Notes: generated by a model from the sequence alone, not told the origin. Counted from the first letter of the stretch, positions 9,880 through 20,472 are shown. The stretch: DNA of 64,000 nucleotides from Patescibacteria group bacterium (GCA_052033715.1 JBPOJJ010000002.1:1676-65675); one strand, 5' to 3'. Numbers and translations: made by a program.

Positions 9880-10850
9880 TAACTACCGAACTATACAAAG
9901 GACAGGGTCTAGGTAACCAATTGTGGTGCTACGTAGTCACTCGAGCTATTGCCAAAAAACGCGGCTTTGATTTTGGTATTGAGTCTCCTCAGAATTTCAA
10001 AGGAGGAGATTTTATGCAACTAGATTTCGGTCAAAAACCGATTCGTATTTTAAATACTTATCATGAACGTTCGATGTTCCACCCCATTAACAATGCTGAC
10101 ATCACCTTGCACGACCCGGGGCTATTGCGTGTTTCCGATAACACAAAAATCCTCGGAGTCATGCAAGACGAAAAATATATTTCTGAATACAAAGACGAAA
10201 TCCGAGAATGGCTTATAATAAAAGACATCGACGTAAGCGATTGCATTGATGAAAATACCTGCGTACTGAATTTTCGCGGGGGCGAATATGCCAGACACCC
10301 AGAAATATACCTTCAGAAAAAATATTGGATTGATGCGATAAACAACATGAAAGAATTATTTCCGGGATTAAAATTTATCGTTATAACCGATGACGTGAAA
10401 GCTGCTCGAGAAATGTTGCCCGAAATATCTGCATATCACTTTGATATCGCCAAAGACTACACTGTAATCTCAAAAGCTAATTATTTAATCCTTTCCAACT
10501 CCAGCTTCGCCTGGTTTCCAGCCTGGTTATCAAAAAATTTAAAATATTGCATCGCGCCAAAATACTGGGGTAGGCACAACATTTCCGACGGTTACTGGAG
10601 CGCAGGCTATAATATAACCAGTGGATGGATGTACCAAGACCGCGATGGAAAATTGCAAAATTACGATTCCTGTCTACAAGAGTTTGAAACATATATAAAA
10701 AATCACTCAAACTACTTTGCCGAAAACAACGCGACGAGTCGACAACGCCCCAGAAACAACATCGTGTTATTTTTAAAGAAAAAAATTGGAGAAATATTGC
10801 CGGAGAGGACAAAAAATTTAATTTTCAAAACCTTTCGAATAAAAAAATAA
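9876..10850 (+). CDS. GT11 family (alpha-1,2-fucosyltransferase-like) protein
   Basis: GLGNQL, NFRGGEY, ITDD and SNSSFAW motifs. Confidence 0.8.
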   Translation: MITTELYKGQGLGNQLWCYVVTRAIAKKRGFDFGIESPQNFKGGDFMQLDFGQKPIRILNTYHERSMFHPINNADITLHDPGLLRVSDNTKILGVMQDEKYISEYKDEIREWLIIKDIDVSDCIDENTCVLNFRGGEYARHPEIYLQKKYWIDAINNMKELFPGLKFIVITDDVKAAREMLPEISAYHFDIAKDYTVISKANYLILSNSSFAWFPAWLSKNLKYCIAPKYWGRHNISDGYWSAGYNITSGWMYQDRDGKLQNYDSCLQEFETYIKNHSNYFAENNATSRQRPRNNIVLFLKKKIGEILPERTKNLIFKTFRIKK

Positions 10851-10871
10851 ATTATTAATTAAAATAAAAAT

Positions 10872-11879
10872 ATGGAAACAAAAAAAATATTAATAACGGG
10901 TGTAGCGGGACTATTTGGTTCACATCTGTCTACCTATCTACTGGATAAAGGATACGAAGTGATCGGAATTGACAATTTATCTGGTGGCTACGATGATTTT
11001 GTAGACGAACGATTAAAAAATAGTGCTCGTTTTTACGCCACAGATTTGCTTGATACGGCAACTATAGAAAAAATATTCTCTGAACATAAGCCCGATTTCG
11101 TATATCATTTTGCGGCGTATGCGGCTGAAGGACTTTCTCCGTTTATTCGAAATTTTAATTACAAAAATAATCTGATTTGCTCCGTGAATATTATTAATGC
11201 CTGTATAAAACACAATGTAAAAAAAATCATATTTACTTCTTCTATGGCGGTTTATGGACACGGCGTACCGCCTTTCAAAGAAGATCAAACGCCCACCCCA
11301 GCTGACCCATACGGAATTGCAAAATACGCAGTAGAGATGGATATTATTCAAGCGTGTGAGCAATTCAAACTTAATTATACAATTGTGCGCCCGCACAATG
11401 TTATCGGCACCAGACAAAATATTTGGGATAAATATAGAAATGTAATTGGTATATGGATTCGCGAATCACTTCAAAATGGAACGCTTCTCGTCTTTGGAGA
11501 TGGTGAACAAACGAGAGCCTTTTCGGATATTAAATATTACATGGAGCCTTTTGAAAAATTATTATACAAAGCAGATGGCGAAATTCTAAATCTGGGGGCC
11601 GACAAAGAATTCAAATTAAATATGATTGCAGCGCTGGTAAAAAAGGTAGCAAACGAACTTGGATATAATCCTGATATCAAGCACGCCGAACAACGCAACG
11701 AAGTAAAAGATGCTTACTGTGATCATGCTAAAGCAAAGGACTTACTCGGATTCAGTGATGCAACCGACATAGAACAAACGGTTCGAGAAATGTTCGTTTG
11801 GGCAAAAGCTCAGCCGGCTAGAGAAGTGAAAAGAATGGATTACGAAATTGAAAAAAATATATATAGTTTTTGGAAATAG
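10872..11879 (+). CDS. NAD-dependent epimerase/dehydratase
   Basis: TGVAGLFG, SSMAVYG and YGIAK (YxxxK). Confidence 0.9.
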   Translation: METKKILITGVAGLFGSHLSTYLLDKGYEVIGIDNLSGGYDDFVDERLKNSARFYATDLLDTATIEKIFSEHKPDFVYHFAAYAAEGLSPFIRNFNYKNNLICSVNIINACIKHNVKKIIFTSSMAVYGHGVPPFKEDQTPTPADPYGIAKYAVEMDIIQACEQFKLNYTIVRPHNVIGTRQNIWDKYRNVIGIWIRESLQNGTLLVFGDGEQTRAFSDIKYYMEPFEKLLYKADGEILNLGADKEFKLNMIAALVKKVANELGYNPDIKHAEQRNEVKDAYCDHAKAKDLLGFSDATDIEQTVREMFVWAKAQPAREVKRMDYEIEKNIYSFWK

Positions 11880-11901
11880 TGAGAATAAGCGAATAGACGA
11901 T

Positions 11902-12834
11902 ATGAAATTAGGAAAAATACTACACAAAATAAGAACGCTACTCCGTAGTTTTAAATACGACCTACTTTCGACGACGCAGGAAAAACTAAGCGAAGAAGAC
12001 ATCTCGACTATCCGAGAGTATCGGAAAAATATAAAGATTTATGATATCTTTACTTACAATGGCGAAGCAGATATCCTGGAAATCCACTTGAACGTCCTTT
12101 ACGAACATGTCGATATGTTCGTAATAATCGAAGCCCCGACAACATTTTCCGGCCAGAAAAAACCTCTCTACTTCGAAGAACAAAAAGAGCGATTCAAACC
12201 ATTTTTAGATAAAATAAAATATTTTGTAATCGATGATTATCCAAATGATCCGGAAATCTGCGCGTTGGCCGATATAAGCATATCGGTACCCAAAGGCGGT
12301 CCAGAACACTGGCGTCGAGAGTTCTACCAGAAAGAAAGTATAAAAAAAGCCCTTACAGAACTGTGCGATGTCGACATTTGCTTCGTCGGCGACGTCGATG
12401 AAATATGGGACCCAAAAACTATTGTTGATTACCGAAAGGACGACATCTTTAAGCTTGAACAGACTGTTTACACTTATTTTCTAAACAATCGCTCAAACCA
12501 ATATTGGGCGGGCACAATTGTCACCAAGTACAAAAACGTAAAAAATTCCTGCTTAAATAACTTACGAAACAAAACAAATACAAAATATACTTATGTGAAG
12601 AACGGTGGCTGGCATTTTACCAATATGGGCGGCATAGAAGAAATACGAAGAAAACTAAATGATTCGTACACCGAAGAAAGTTACAATTCGAAAGAAATCC
12701 AAGACAATCTGACCAAACGATTCGGAAAAAAAGACTATGTGGGCAGGAGTCATAAATATAAGATCGATGAAAGCGCTCTCCCCGACTACGTGATCAGGCA
12801 AAGACAGGCTTACAAAAATCTATTCAAAGAATAG
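11902..12834 (+). CDS. GT17 family (beta-1,4-GlcNAc transferase-like) protein
   Basis: YDIFTYNGE, FSGQKKPL, REFYQ, GDVDEI and GGWHF; start moved to ATG 11902. Confidence 0.8.
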   Translation: MKLGKILHKIRTLLRSFKYDLLSTTQEKLSEEDISTIREYRKNIKIYDIFTYNGEADILEIHLNVLYEHVDMFVIIEAPTTFSGQKKPLYFEEQKERFKPFLDKIKYFVIDDYPNDPEICALADISISVPKGGPEHWRREFYQKESIKKALTELCDVDICFVGDVDEIWDPKTIVDYRKDDIFKLEQTVYTYFLNNRSNQYWAGTIVTKYKNVKNSCLNNLRNKTNTKYTYVKNGGWHFTNMGGIEEIRRKLNDSYTEESYNSKEIQDNLTKRFGKKDYVGRSHKYKIDESALPDYVIRQRQAYKNLFKE

Positions 12835-12860
12835 GTTATTTGTGATAATATAGGCCAATT

Positions 12861-13631
12861 ATGACAAAGTCTTTTATCGGTAGATGCGCGAAAGTGATCC
12901 GTGAAAAAGGGATCGTGGGCTTTATCAAAAAGATAAACGCCAGGCATTTTGATCCTCTCAAAGTAGTTTTTTATCCATATATTAATTTACGAATTTCGTC
13001 CGTAATAAAACAAAAATTCACGGCCGAAAAAGCAGTTAATTTTGTTTTTCATCGCTTCGGAGCATTTTTGAAACCCTACCAATTTAAGTCAGAAATTCTG
13101 GCGCTCGCAAAAACGGTTGAAGCTCTTCGTCCAAAGATCGTGCTCGAGGTGGGAACTTCGACTGGCGGAACTTTCTTCATCTGGTCGAGACTGTCGACCC
13201 CTGACGCGCATCTGGTTAGTGTCGACTTGCCCGGCGGAGAAAATGACTGGGCTTTTCCTCGTTGGAAAGAACCTTTCTATAAAAAATTCGCTTTGCCTCC
13301 GCAAAAAATTAATCTCTTGCGTGGGGATTCCCAGACACAAGAAATGCTTGAAAAAGTAAAAAATATCTTGGTCGGAGAAAAAGTGGATCTGCTTTTCATC
13401 GACGCCGATCATAGTTACGAGGGCGTCAAGAAAGATTACGAGCTTTATTCCCCGCTCATGAGAAGCGGAGGCGTCATTGCTTTCCACGACATCGTCAAAT
13501 TCCCCGACTACACCCAGGTTAAGGTAAAAGACTTTTGGGACGAAGTAAAAGCTGGCAAGAAATTCGAGGAATACATAGAAGATCCGGATCAAAAATGGGG
13601 AGGCATCGGCGTAATCTTCGTCGGAGAATAA
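12861..13631 (+). CDS. class I SAM-dependent methyltransferase (Methyltransf_24-like)
   Basis: LEVGTSTGG, LFIDADHSYEGV, GGVIAFHD. Confidence 0.88.
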   Translation: MTKSFIGRCAKVIREKGIVGFIKKINARHFDPLKVVFYPYINLRISSVIKQKFTAEKAVNFVFHRFGAFLKPYQFKSEILALAKTVEALRPKIVLEVGTSTGGTFFIWSRLSTPDAHLVSVDLPGGENDWAFPRWKEPFYKKFALPPQKINLLRGDSQTQEMLEKVKNILVGEKVDLLFIDADHSYEGVKKDYELYSPLMRSGGVIAFHDIVKFPDYTQVKVKDFWDEVKAGKKFEEYIEDPDQKWGGIGVIFVGE

Positions 13632-13639
13632 TCAAAAAG

Positions 13640-14332
13640 ATGAAAAAAATCGAGAAAAATTTCTTGGTGATCTCCAGTTACAATAACGATGTAAGCTGGG
13701 TGCCGACGTACACGGAAAACTATGTCATTTATGACCGGAGCGATATAGAAGTGCCTCACGAAGGGGTCGATCCTAAAAAACTAATAAAGTCTCCGAACGT
13801 TGGCTACAATTTATACGACTACTTCACTTTCATAATCGATAATTACGAAAACCTCCCCGACTGCATTATTTTCGCCAAAGGCAACATCTTCCCTCGCCAC
13901 CTGAGACAAGAATATTTTGATTCGGTCATGAATAATGATTTTTTCACACCCTTAATAGATCGAAAAATGCACGGGAGGTCTTCTTGGCCGATTTCTTTTT
14001 TTGATAAAAAAGATGGGCTTTTCCACGAGTTGAATACAAGTTGGTACACAAAATATTTCAAAACAAAATATTTCAAAAAATATCTTGACTTTTTGAGGTT
14101 CTGCTTTAAAAATCAAGTCTGGCAAATATATACTCGGTTCGCCCCAGGAGCAAATTATATAGTTACCAAGGAACATATTCTAAGATTACCGAAAGTTTTT
14201 TATGAGAATCTTCGAACTTTTGTTTCTCACACAACCCTACCGGGCGAAGCGCATATCGTCGAGCGCGCACTATATGATATATGGAATAAAGATTATAAAA
14301 TATCAGAAAAAATGTTAACAAAAATAAAATGA
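13640..14332 (+). CDS. DUF3431-like protein
   Basis: SYNNDVSW, PNVG...Y..FIIDNYENLPD, FAPGA, ERA; start moved to ATG 13640. Confidence 0.7.
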   Translation: MKKIEKNFLVISSYNNDVSWVPTYTENYVIYDRSDIEVPHEGVDPKKLIKSPNVGYNLYDYFTFIIDNYENLPDCIIFAKGNIFPRHLRQEYFDSVMNNDFFTPLIDRKMHGRSSWPISFFDKKDGLFHELNTSWYTKYFKTKYFKKYLDFLRFCFKNQVWQIYTRFAPGANYIVTKEHILRLPKVFYENLRTFVSHTTLPGEAHIVERALYDIWNKDYKISEKMLTKIK

Positions 14333-14952
14333 CAAGAATTGAAATCATAAACGCCCTTATAAAGAAAAACGGTTACCAAAGTTATTTGGAAATCGGCGTC
14401 AATACTCCTGCTCAGCCCGGCTACAGTCATACCAGTATTGAAATTGCCACCAAGCACGGAGTTGACCCGGCGGTCGATACGACTTTCCGAATGACTTCTG
14501 ATGAATTTTTCGTGCAAAATACGAATACTTACGACATAATTTTTGTCGATGGATTACACATCTTCGATCAAGCGCATCGAGACATCGTAAACAGTCTGAA
14601 ATTTTTAAATAACAACGGCACGATCGTCGTCCACGACTGTTACCCACGCCGAGAGGTTACTCAACGGCCCGTTCGCGCCTCGAGCGTTTGGCACGGAGAT
14701 GTCTGGAAAGCTATTCTTAAGCTTCGTACAGAAAATCCCGACATAGAGATCTATACAATCAATGCCGACGAAGGTTGCGCCATCATCCGGAAAGGTCACC
14801 AAGAACTCTTCAGGCCAAAATGGAATGGAGATTTTTATACGTACGACTTTTTCAAGAAAAACAAAAAAGAGGTTTTGAATCTCATAAGTGTCAAAGAATT
14901 CAAGAAAAAAATAGGCCTTCCTCTGGCTTGGTACGAAAAAATTTTCGGCTAA
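14329..14952 (+). CDS. class I SAM-dependent methyltransferase
   Basis: YLEIGV, TSDEFF, IFVDGLH, IVVHDC, WHGDVWK. Confidence 0.85.
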   Translation: MTRIEIINALIKKNGYQSYLEIGVNTPAQPGYSHTSIEIATKHGVDPAVDTTFRMTSDEFFVQNTNTYDIIFVDGLHIFDQAHRDIVNSLKFLNNNGTIVVHDCYPRREVTQRPVRASSVWHGDVWKAILKLRTENPDIEIYTINADEGCAIIRKGHQELFRPKWNGDFYTYDFFKKNKKEVLNLISVKEFKKKIGLPLAWYEKIFG

Positions 14953-15767
14953 ATTTTCTTGTGAATTCTCAATAGTAATCCCTTTAGACTGGGAGGCACA
15001 ATGCTAAAAATCGGTAGAAAAATTATTTTTGCCCAGCCCAACAGAAGAGCCGACATATAATTTGGATAAAAAGCCTTATTCTCCTTGGCAAGACGCATAT
15101 TCTGCCTGAGTCTTAGAATTTTATTCTGAGAATTTACTCCTTTTGTATGGAAAAGATATTTAACAGAATACTCTGGCAAGTTGGCGAATTTGCCTACCCG
15201 ACCGAGTCGCAACCAAAGATCGTGATCTTCCAGAATCTTTTCGTGTAAATAACCTCCGATTTCTTTGACTATTTTCGTTCTGAATAGGACGCTCGTGTGA
15301 ATAAAACAATTCATCCGAAGGATCTTTCTTCTTATTTCCGAATCAGTTTTTGGTAATAAATATCGAGTTATTTCTTCGCCATCCTCGTCAACAACAATCG
15401 CACCCGTACCAACCAATAAATAATCCGAATGTTTATCTAGTAAAGAAACTTGTTTTTTCAACTTATCCATATCTATCCATTCGTCGTCGGCATCCAGCCT
15501 AGCGATGTATTCTCCTTTCGCCAAACCAAGTCCAATATTTAAAGTTTCGGCCAGACCCAAATTTTTGCCGTTTTTTAAATAAATAATTCTTTGATCTTGT
15601 GGTACAAGTGATGAAACTATTTGTTCTGTGTTGTCAGTAGAGCAATCGTTTATGACAAGTAATTCGAAGTCGTTAAAGGACTGTCCCAGAGCACTTCGAA
15701 TTGATTTCTCAATCCATTTGTTACCATTATATACTGGTAACAATATTGTAATTTTCGGATAATTCAT
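14949..15767 (-). CDS. GT2 glycosyltransferase
   Basis: LLPVYN, INDCSTD, ARLDADD, EDHDLW. Confidence 0.9.
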   Translation of the reverse strand: MNYPKITILLPVYNGNKWIEKSIRSALGQSFNDFELLVINDCSTDNTEQIVSSLVPQDQRIIYLKNGKNLGLAETLNIGLGLAKGEYIARLDADDEWIDMDKLKKQVSLLDKHSDYLLVGTGAIVVDEDGEEITRYLLPKTDSEIRRKILRMNCFIHTSVLFRTKIVKEIGGYLHEKILEDHDLWLRLGRVGKFANLPEYSVKYLFHTKGVNSQNKILRLRQNMRLAKENKAFYPNYMSALLLGWAKIIFLPIFSIVPPSLKGLLLRIHKKI

Positions 15768-15769
15768 GA

Positions 15770-16648
15770 CTATATTTTAATCCAATTTTGTGGAATTCTG
15801 TGACTCGTATCAATAGACTTATCACCGAACCAAGCCTTTGGCGCTATAACAATTTTATCAGAATTTTCGGCAAGCCAAGCTGCCCACCAAGAAAAGCTAC
15901 TGTTAGCGATGATGAAATGTTTACACGATTTCATGAGCTCGAATTGTCCCGACGCACGTTCTCCAGAACATTCTTCGCCAACGAAAGTTGTTGGCCGTCC
16001 AAAAGAAATATTTTCTTTGCACCAATTTATGTCATCAGAAAAGACGTAGATGTGTTCGATGTTCGTTTTCTCAGTCAAAAGATTTACGGCCTGAGTGTAG
16101 TAGTCTTTGGAAACAACATCATGGAACTTGTTACCAACATAATCACCTCGCCGCACATGCACACATACGGAATTCTGGCTTTCAATTTCCTTTTTCAAAG
16201 ATTTTATATTTTCTGGAAGTAGATTCTTTAAAAAGAAGTCTTTTCGAATAGTGTCAGCAATCAATTCAAAGTATTTATAACTCTGCCAATAACCATCAAT
16301 GTAGGCATTCGGACCAAGATCAAGGACTTCTGGATTAAATTTGAAACCCCTTTCTCTGCCCCGCCCACCAAACAAATTTCTACGTAACTTGTTTAAAATT
16401 GCGCCAAAAAATCCACCCCCGCAAGACCTATGCCAAAATGGCAATGACCGCTGATCAATGATTCTGGCTTCGACACCAAACAAATCAAGATCGTAGCTAC
16501 GAAAAGTAAATCCCTTTCTTGGGGTTCGATCTAGCAAATCGTAAATGTCGAGCCCGAGCGTAGTTTTGTTCTTAATAGCCAGAGCGCGACCCAGAGCATA
16601 CTGAAACATCTGATTACCCATTCCACCAGAAAGCCGTACGATAATCAT
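15770..16648 (-). CDS. GT11 alpha-1,2-fucosyltransferase
   Basis: GGMGNQMFQYA, GYWQS, HVRRGDY, FSDD, ANSSFSWW. Confidence 0.9.
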   Translation of the reverse strand: MIIVRLSGGMGNQMFQYALGRALAIKNKTTLGLDIYDLLDRTPRKGFTFRSYDLDLFGVEARIIDQRSLPFWHRSCGGGFFGAILNKLRRNLFGGRGRERGFKFNPEVLDLGPNAYIDGYWQSYKYFELIADTIRKDFFLKNLLPENIKSLKKEIESQNSVCVHVRRGDYVGNKFHDVVSKDYYTQAVNLLTEKTNIEHIYVFSDDINWCKENISFGRPTTFVGEECSGERASGQFELMKSCKHFIIANSSFSWWAAWLAENSDKIVIAPKAWFGDKSIDTSHRIPQNWIKI

Positions 16649-16651
16649 AAA

Positions 16652-18580
16652 TTAAATTTTATTACCGAAAAGCTCCTCGAACCTATTTAGATAATTTTGT
16701 GATTGCACAACTTTCGGATTTATATCGTGGGCCTTTTTATAATATTCATATGATTTTTTGAAATTATCATCATGAAGATAGACTTGGCCATAGGTCCAGT
16801 AAACTCGAGGATTATTTGGTGCCAGCTTTTCTGCCCGCTCAAGATATTTCAAAACACGATCAACTTTGTCTTTGGTTATTTCATCTGTGATTGTCATTTC
16901 GAAATTCAAAAGTTCTGCAGATACTAGCCACAGTCTGGCATGATTTCCCGCAACACCTTCCAAAGAATCCACAGTATTCAAGAAGTCATGTATTTCTTTT
17001 TGGGTAGTTTTGATCATTTCTGGGCTATTCATTATTTTCGAAGCATGTTCACGATAAGCCGACATCATAACAGAAGCTAAGTATCCAACATCTCCGCCAT
17101 TGCCCATTGGAGAGATTTGTATAAGCTCAGCGAATTTTACTTGTCTGTCAACGCCAACACTAAGCGAACTGATTATCGCCTTCGATTTTTTGAGCGGGTT
17201 ATGAACGAAGGAAATCCAACAAAAGACAAAGGCGGCGAGGCATAGGGCAACTATTGCAAAATTTTTATTATCCGACGCTCCTTTGCTGCTAGTTGAGCCA
17301 GAAGATCCAAAAGCAAGTCCGACAAACAGACCGAACATCACAAATAGCAACGTCCACGTATGGACCATATCAAACAATATTAACGCCTGAAGAATGTAGG
17401 CCACAAACATCCCTATAAACAGCCCGAGAGTAATTCGATCAAATATCTTCTTGTGATAAAGATAAATCGGTAGAAATAAAAGTGAAATCAAGAATACTAA
17501 ATATAATATTCCGCCGACAAATCCTCCAATAACGAATGCCTCTAGAACGGAATTGTGTGGTTTATCTGTCCAAATTTCTGGCACGCCCGGTATTTCTAGA
17601 AGTTTTGGATTAAAATGTTTGGTAAATGCTACGACGTAATTCTCAGACCCCCAACCAAAAACCGGTCGATCTTTTATACCATCAACGGCAGCCTCCCAAA
17701 AGATAAAACGACTATTTGTTGCGGCTTCAGCGAAGGCGTTATGAACTTTTGAATCCGGGCGTAACAGAGCTGCGCCGATTACTACTCCACCCGCAAGAAT
17801 TAGTCCAAGTAAAGAAAAGCCCAAAATTTTAATCGTCTGTCTGACGTGGGTTGCAAGATAAATTCCAAATGCCACAATGGCTCCTATCAAAATACCTCCT
17901 ATGGAACCACGGGCCATGACAGCCACCGGCGAAACAAGAATGGCAATAAGACCAATAGTTATCCAAATTTTGCTTTTACGGTCAGATTTTCCAAGTAGAA
18001 ATACTGCGCCCAGAAAAAGAGAGAAGATCAGGTAAGCTCCAGAAAAAGATGAGTTACCAAATAAATCTCCGCTATTTGGTCCATCAAAAAGGAACAATGA
18101 AGGAATGTTTATAAGGTGCTCGTTAATAAACGTTGAAAGCGCAATAATAATTCCTGAATAAAAGACCGTTCGACAAATCTTGTACAGAAAATCCTTCCCG
18201 TGAAATCGGACCAAAGAAGCAATCACGATACCAAAGACCAAACAGTGATAAAGGAATATTAGTCCGGTGGCTCGCTCAAATGTTCCCCAGAAAGCAATGT
18301 TCGGTACCGGCGCAAAAATGGCACTAACGGTAAGCGAGACCATTAAAAGCATTGGTAACAGAAGCACGAGAACTTGTTTTCTAGACAATCGATACCGATC
18401 GTCTGTAATAGCCAGATAGGCCCAGAGGAAAAATGTAAGCTCGGCAAAGCCCATGAAGAAGAAGCTTTTGGATGAAATAAAAGGATAGAGCCGACCAGAA
18501 AACAAAGCCAAGGGTGTAGCAAAAATAGTAAGAAGCGTCAAAAACGACAGGGCTTTCTCGGCAAACGTAGCATCTTTCAT
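16652..18580 (-). CDS. O-antigen ligase family / O-oligosaccharyltransferase-like protein with C-terminal TPR
   Basis: multiple transmembrane helices, GN, ARG, PVFGWG, DKPHN; TPR-like tail. Confidence 0.8.
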   Translation of the reverse strand: MKDATFAEKALSFLTLLTIFATPLALFSGRLYPFISSKSFFFMGFAELTFFLWAYLAITDDRYRLSRKQVLVLLLPMLLMVSLTVSAIFAPVPNIAFWGTFERATGLIFLYHCLVFGIVIASLVRFHGKDFLYKICRTVFYSGIIIALSTFINEHLINIPSLFLFDGPNSGDLFGNSSFSGAYLIFSLFLGAVFLLGKSDRKSKIWITIGLIAILVSPVAVMARGSIGGILIGAIVAFGIYLATHVRQTIKILGFSLLGLILAGGVVIGAALLRPDSKVHNAFAEAATNSRFIFWEAAVDGIKDRPVFGWGSENYVVAFTKHFNPKLLEIPGVPEIWTDKPHNSVLEAFVIGGFVGGILYLVFLISLLFLPIYLYHKKIFDRITLGLFIGMFVAYILQALILFDMVHTWTLLFVMFGLFVGLAFGSSGSTSSKGASDNKNFAIVALCLAAFVFCWISFVHNPLKKSKAIISSLSVGVDRQVKFAELIQISPMGNGGDVGYLASVMMSAYREHASKIMNSPEMIKTTQKEIHDFLNTVDSLEGVAGNHARLWLVSAELLNFEMTITDEITKDKVDRVLKYLERAEKLAPNNPRVYWTYGQVYLHDDNFKKSYEYYKKAHDINPKVVQSQNYLNRFEELFGNKI

Positions 18581-18614
18581 ACCCCAATTCTACACAAAAA
18601 TACCTCACGAACAA

Positions 18615-18632
18615 GGCCCTCGAAGGAGGGCC
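18615..18632 (-). terminator. terminator hairpin of the T9SS-cargo cassette
   Basis: ggccctc-cttc-gagggcc on the minus strand. Confidence 0.6.
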
Positions 18633-18651
18633 ATGCTCTAAAAAGAACTCG

Positions 18652-20433
18652 TCAATCTACCACAACCAGTTTGGTTCTCTGACAAGAACCGCTATCAGAA
18701 GTAGTGGAAATGACGTAACTGCCTACCGGCAAGTCGATTATGAGCTCACGGAAACCGTGAACTATCGGACGTCCAAAGACATCAAAAATATCCAGCATGG
18801 TGGGGGCTCGAGCCCTCAAAACCTCACCACGACGGATTGGATTTGGAAAAAGATTGAAGTCTCCCAAACCCAGAGACACTGAGACAACCTTGAACGTTAC
18901 CGATTCACCCGCGACATTGGTCTCACGGAGACGATAATAATTCACTTGTCCCATCTTCGGACCATTGTCAACGACACCATAGACTGCTCCAGTGCCAGGA
19001 GAGCCCAATGGTAAAATTTCAGCGACCGTTTCCCACTCTTCGCCATCAAAAGATCGCTCAACACCAAAACGATCGACGGCTTCTTCGGATCCGGTCGCCC
19101 ACGATAAACGAACGCGTCCCACTCCTGCTGCCTCACCAACAAAGTACAGAAGTTCTATCGGCAATATCCCTGGCTCACAGTCTTCCAACAAAAGTGGGTA
19201 ACCGTTAAAGCTCGGCGTCGGCGAAGGAGTAATCGTCAGATCGACCCAAACGGACGGTGGTTGATCTGTCTGTATCAATCCCGTGTACGGCCCGGAATTA
19301 ATTACAATCGGCGGCGGAGCCTCGCACGCAGTACCAGTAAAATTACCGGTTACAGGATCAACCGAAGCTAACACCACTCCGCGAACGGAACCATTTAGGC
19401 TCGGATACCTCATGTAAGGAACGCGTAGGGTTCCATCCACAAAAGGCTCACAGGCCGGGAACGAATTTGCGGAACTCAGAGCTCGACTCCAAGCCGGATC
19501 AAGAGATGCTGTGTCGAGCTTCATAACCAAGACTCTTTGGGAACCAGCCGACATCCTGTTGCAAGCTAAGTACAGATGGCCATCATCGTAGACCAGCTTG
19601 CCGTTTTCGAGAGCGCCTCCCGGTGTAGTGTACGACCGAGATTTTACGGTGTCGAAATTATGGTCGAGGACGATTAGTCCCATCGCTCCGGGCCTGGTGG
19701 CGGCAAGAACGTATCGCGATCCAGGAATCTCAACGACGCTTGTGAGCATCTCTCTGACGTCTCCTGGGATTCCGTAAGTTCTGTGGAAAAGCTGGTTGCC
19801 GTCTGGGTCCAATATCCGAAGCTCGAGGTCGCCGGCAAGTCCACCGTTCGTGATTGGATCATTAAAGGAAAAAAGACTATCGTTCCGAGGAAGGATTCTA
19901 GCGTGATCTACCGCACCAAGCGACACAAGTGGCTTCTTCGCCCAAATCAAAACACCAGCCGGAGAAAGTTTGGTGAGGAATTGATCATTCGCCAAAAACC
20001 TTTGGCCGGTTACAAATATGTACCCATTGATTGATTCTGTCACGTGTGTTGGGGAAGCGGCTATGTCGAGAAGGCCTGAATTCAGCCAAACAACATCGCC
20101 CGTCTGATTGATGCGCGAAATAAAAGCTTCCCCCGACATTTCGCCGACAACAAACAGGTCCCCGGCAGCTGCCAGCGCCATAGATGACATGATTGAAACA
20201 GTAAAATACCTGCTCCAGGACATCTGCTGTCCTGAAAAGCGGGCAACCATTCCAAAGTCGCTTCCTACGGGCAGAATTCCGCAGGCGAAGTATTCGTTTG
20301 GCGACCCGTTAATCACACTCGAGAGATTGAGCTGTTGGATAGTACTGTTCGGATCTATCAACAACTGCGTCTGACCCGCGAACTGTAAAGGAGCGATCCC
20401 TAGCAGGATCACGAGAATCAAGTTCTTCTTCAT
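18652..20433 (-). CDS. secreted protein with a T9SS type A C-terminal sorting domain (Bacteroidota-like)
   Basis: signal peptide ending FAG|Q; LPIELLYF...LSWAT.SE...FGVERS.DG...YYRL module; FPNP...DIFD..GR...LP.GSY...KLVV C-terminal domain. Confidence 0.8.
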   Translation of the reverse strand: MKKNLILVILLGIAPLQFAGQTQLLIDPNSTIQQLNLSSVINGSPNEYFACGILPVGSDFGMVARFSGQQMSWSRYFTVSIMSSMALAAAGDLFVVGEMSGEAFISRINQTGDVVWLNSGLLDIAASPTHVTESINGYIFVTGQRFLANDQFLTKLSPAGVLIWAKKPLVSLGAVDHARILPRNDSLFSFNDPITNGGLAGDLELRILDPDGNQLFHRTYGIPGDVREMLTSVVEIPGSRYVLAATRPGAMGLIVLDHNFDTVKSRSYTTPGGALENGKLVYDDGHLYLACNRMSAGSQRVLVMKLDTASLDPAWSRALSSANSFPACEPFVDGTLRVPYMRYPSLNGSVRGVVLASVDPVTGNFTGTACEAPPPIVINSGPYTGLIQTDQPPSVWVDLTITPSPTPSFNGYPLLLEDCEPGILPIELLYFVGEAAGVGRVRLSWATGSEEAVDRFGVERSFDGEEWETVAEILPLGSPGTGAVYGVVDNGPKMGQVNYYRLRETNVAGESVTFKVVSVSLGLGDFNLFPNPIRRGEVLRARAPTMLDIFDVFGRPIVHGFRELIIDLPVGSYVISTTSDSGSCQRTKLVVVD

Positions 20434-20472
20434 GGGAGTAGGGTTTTTAGTTTATAAAAATAATACCACAAA

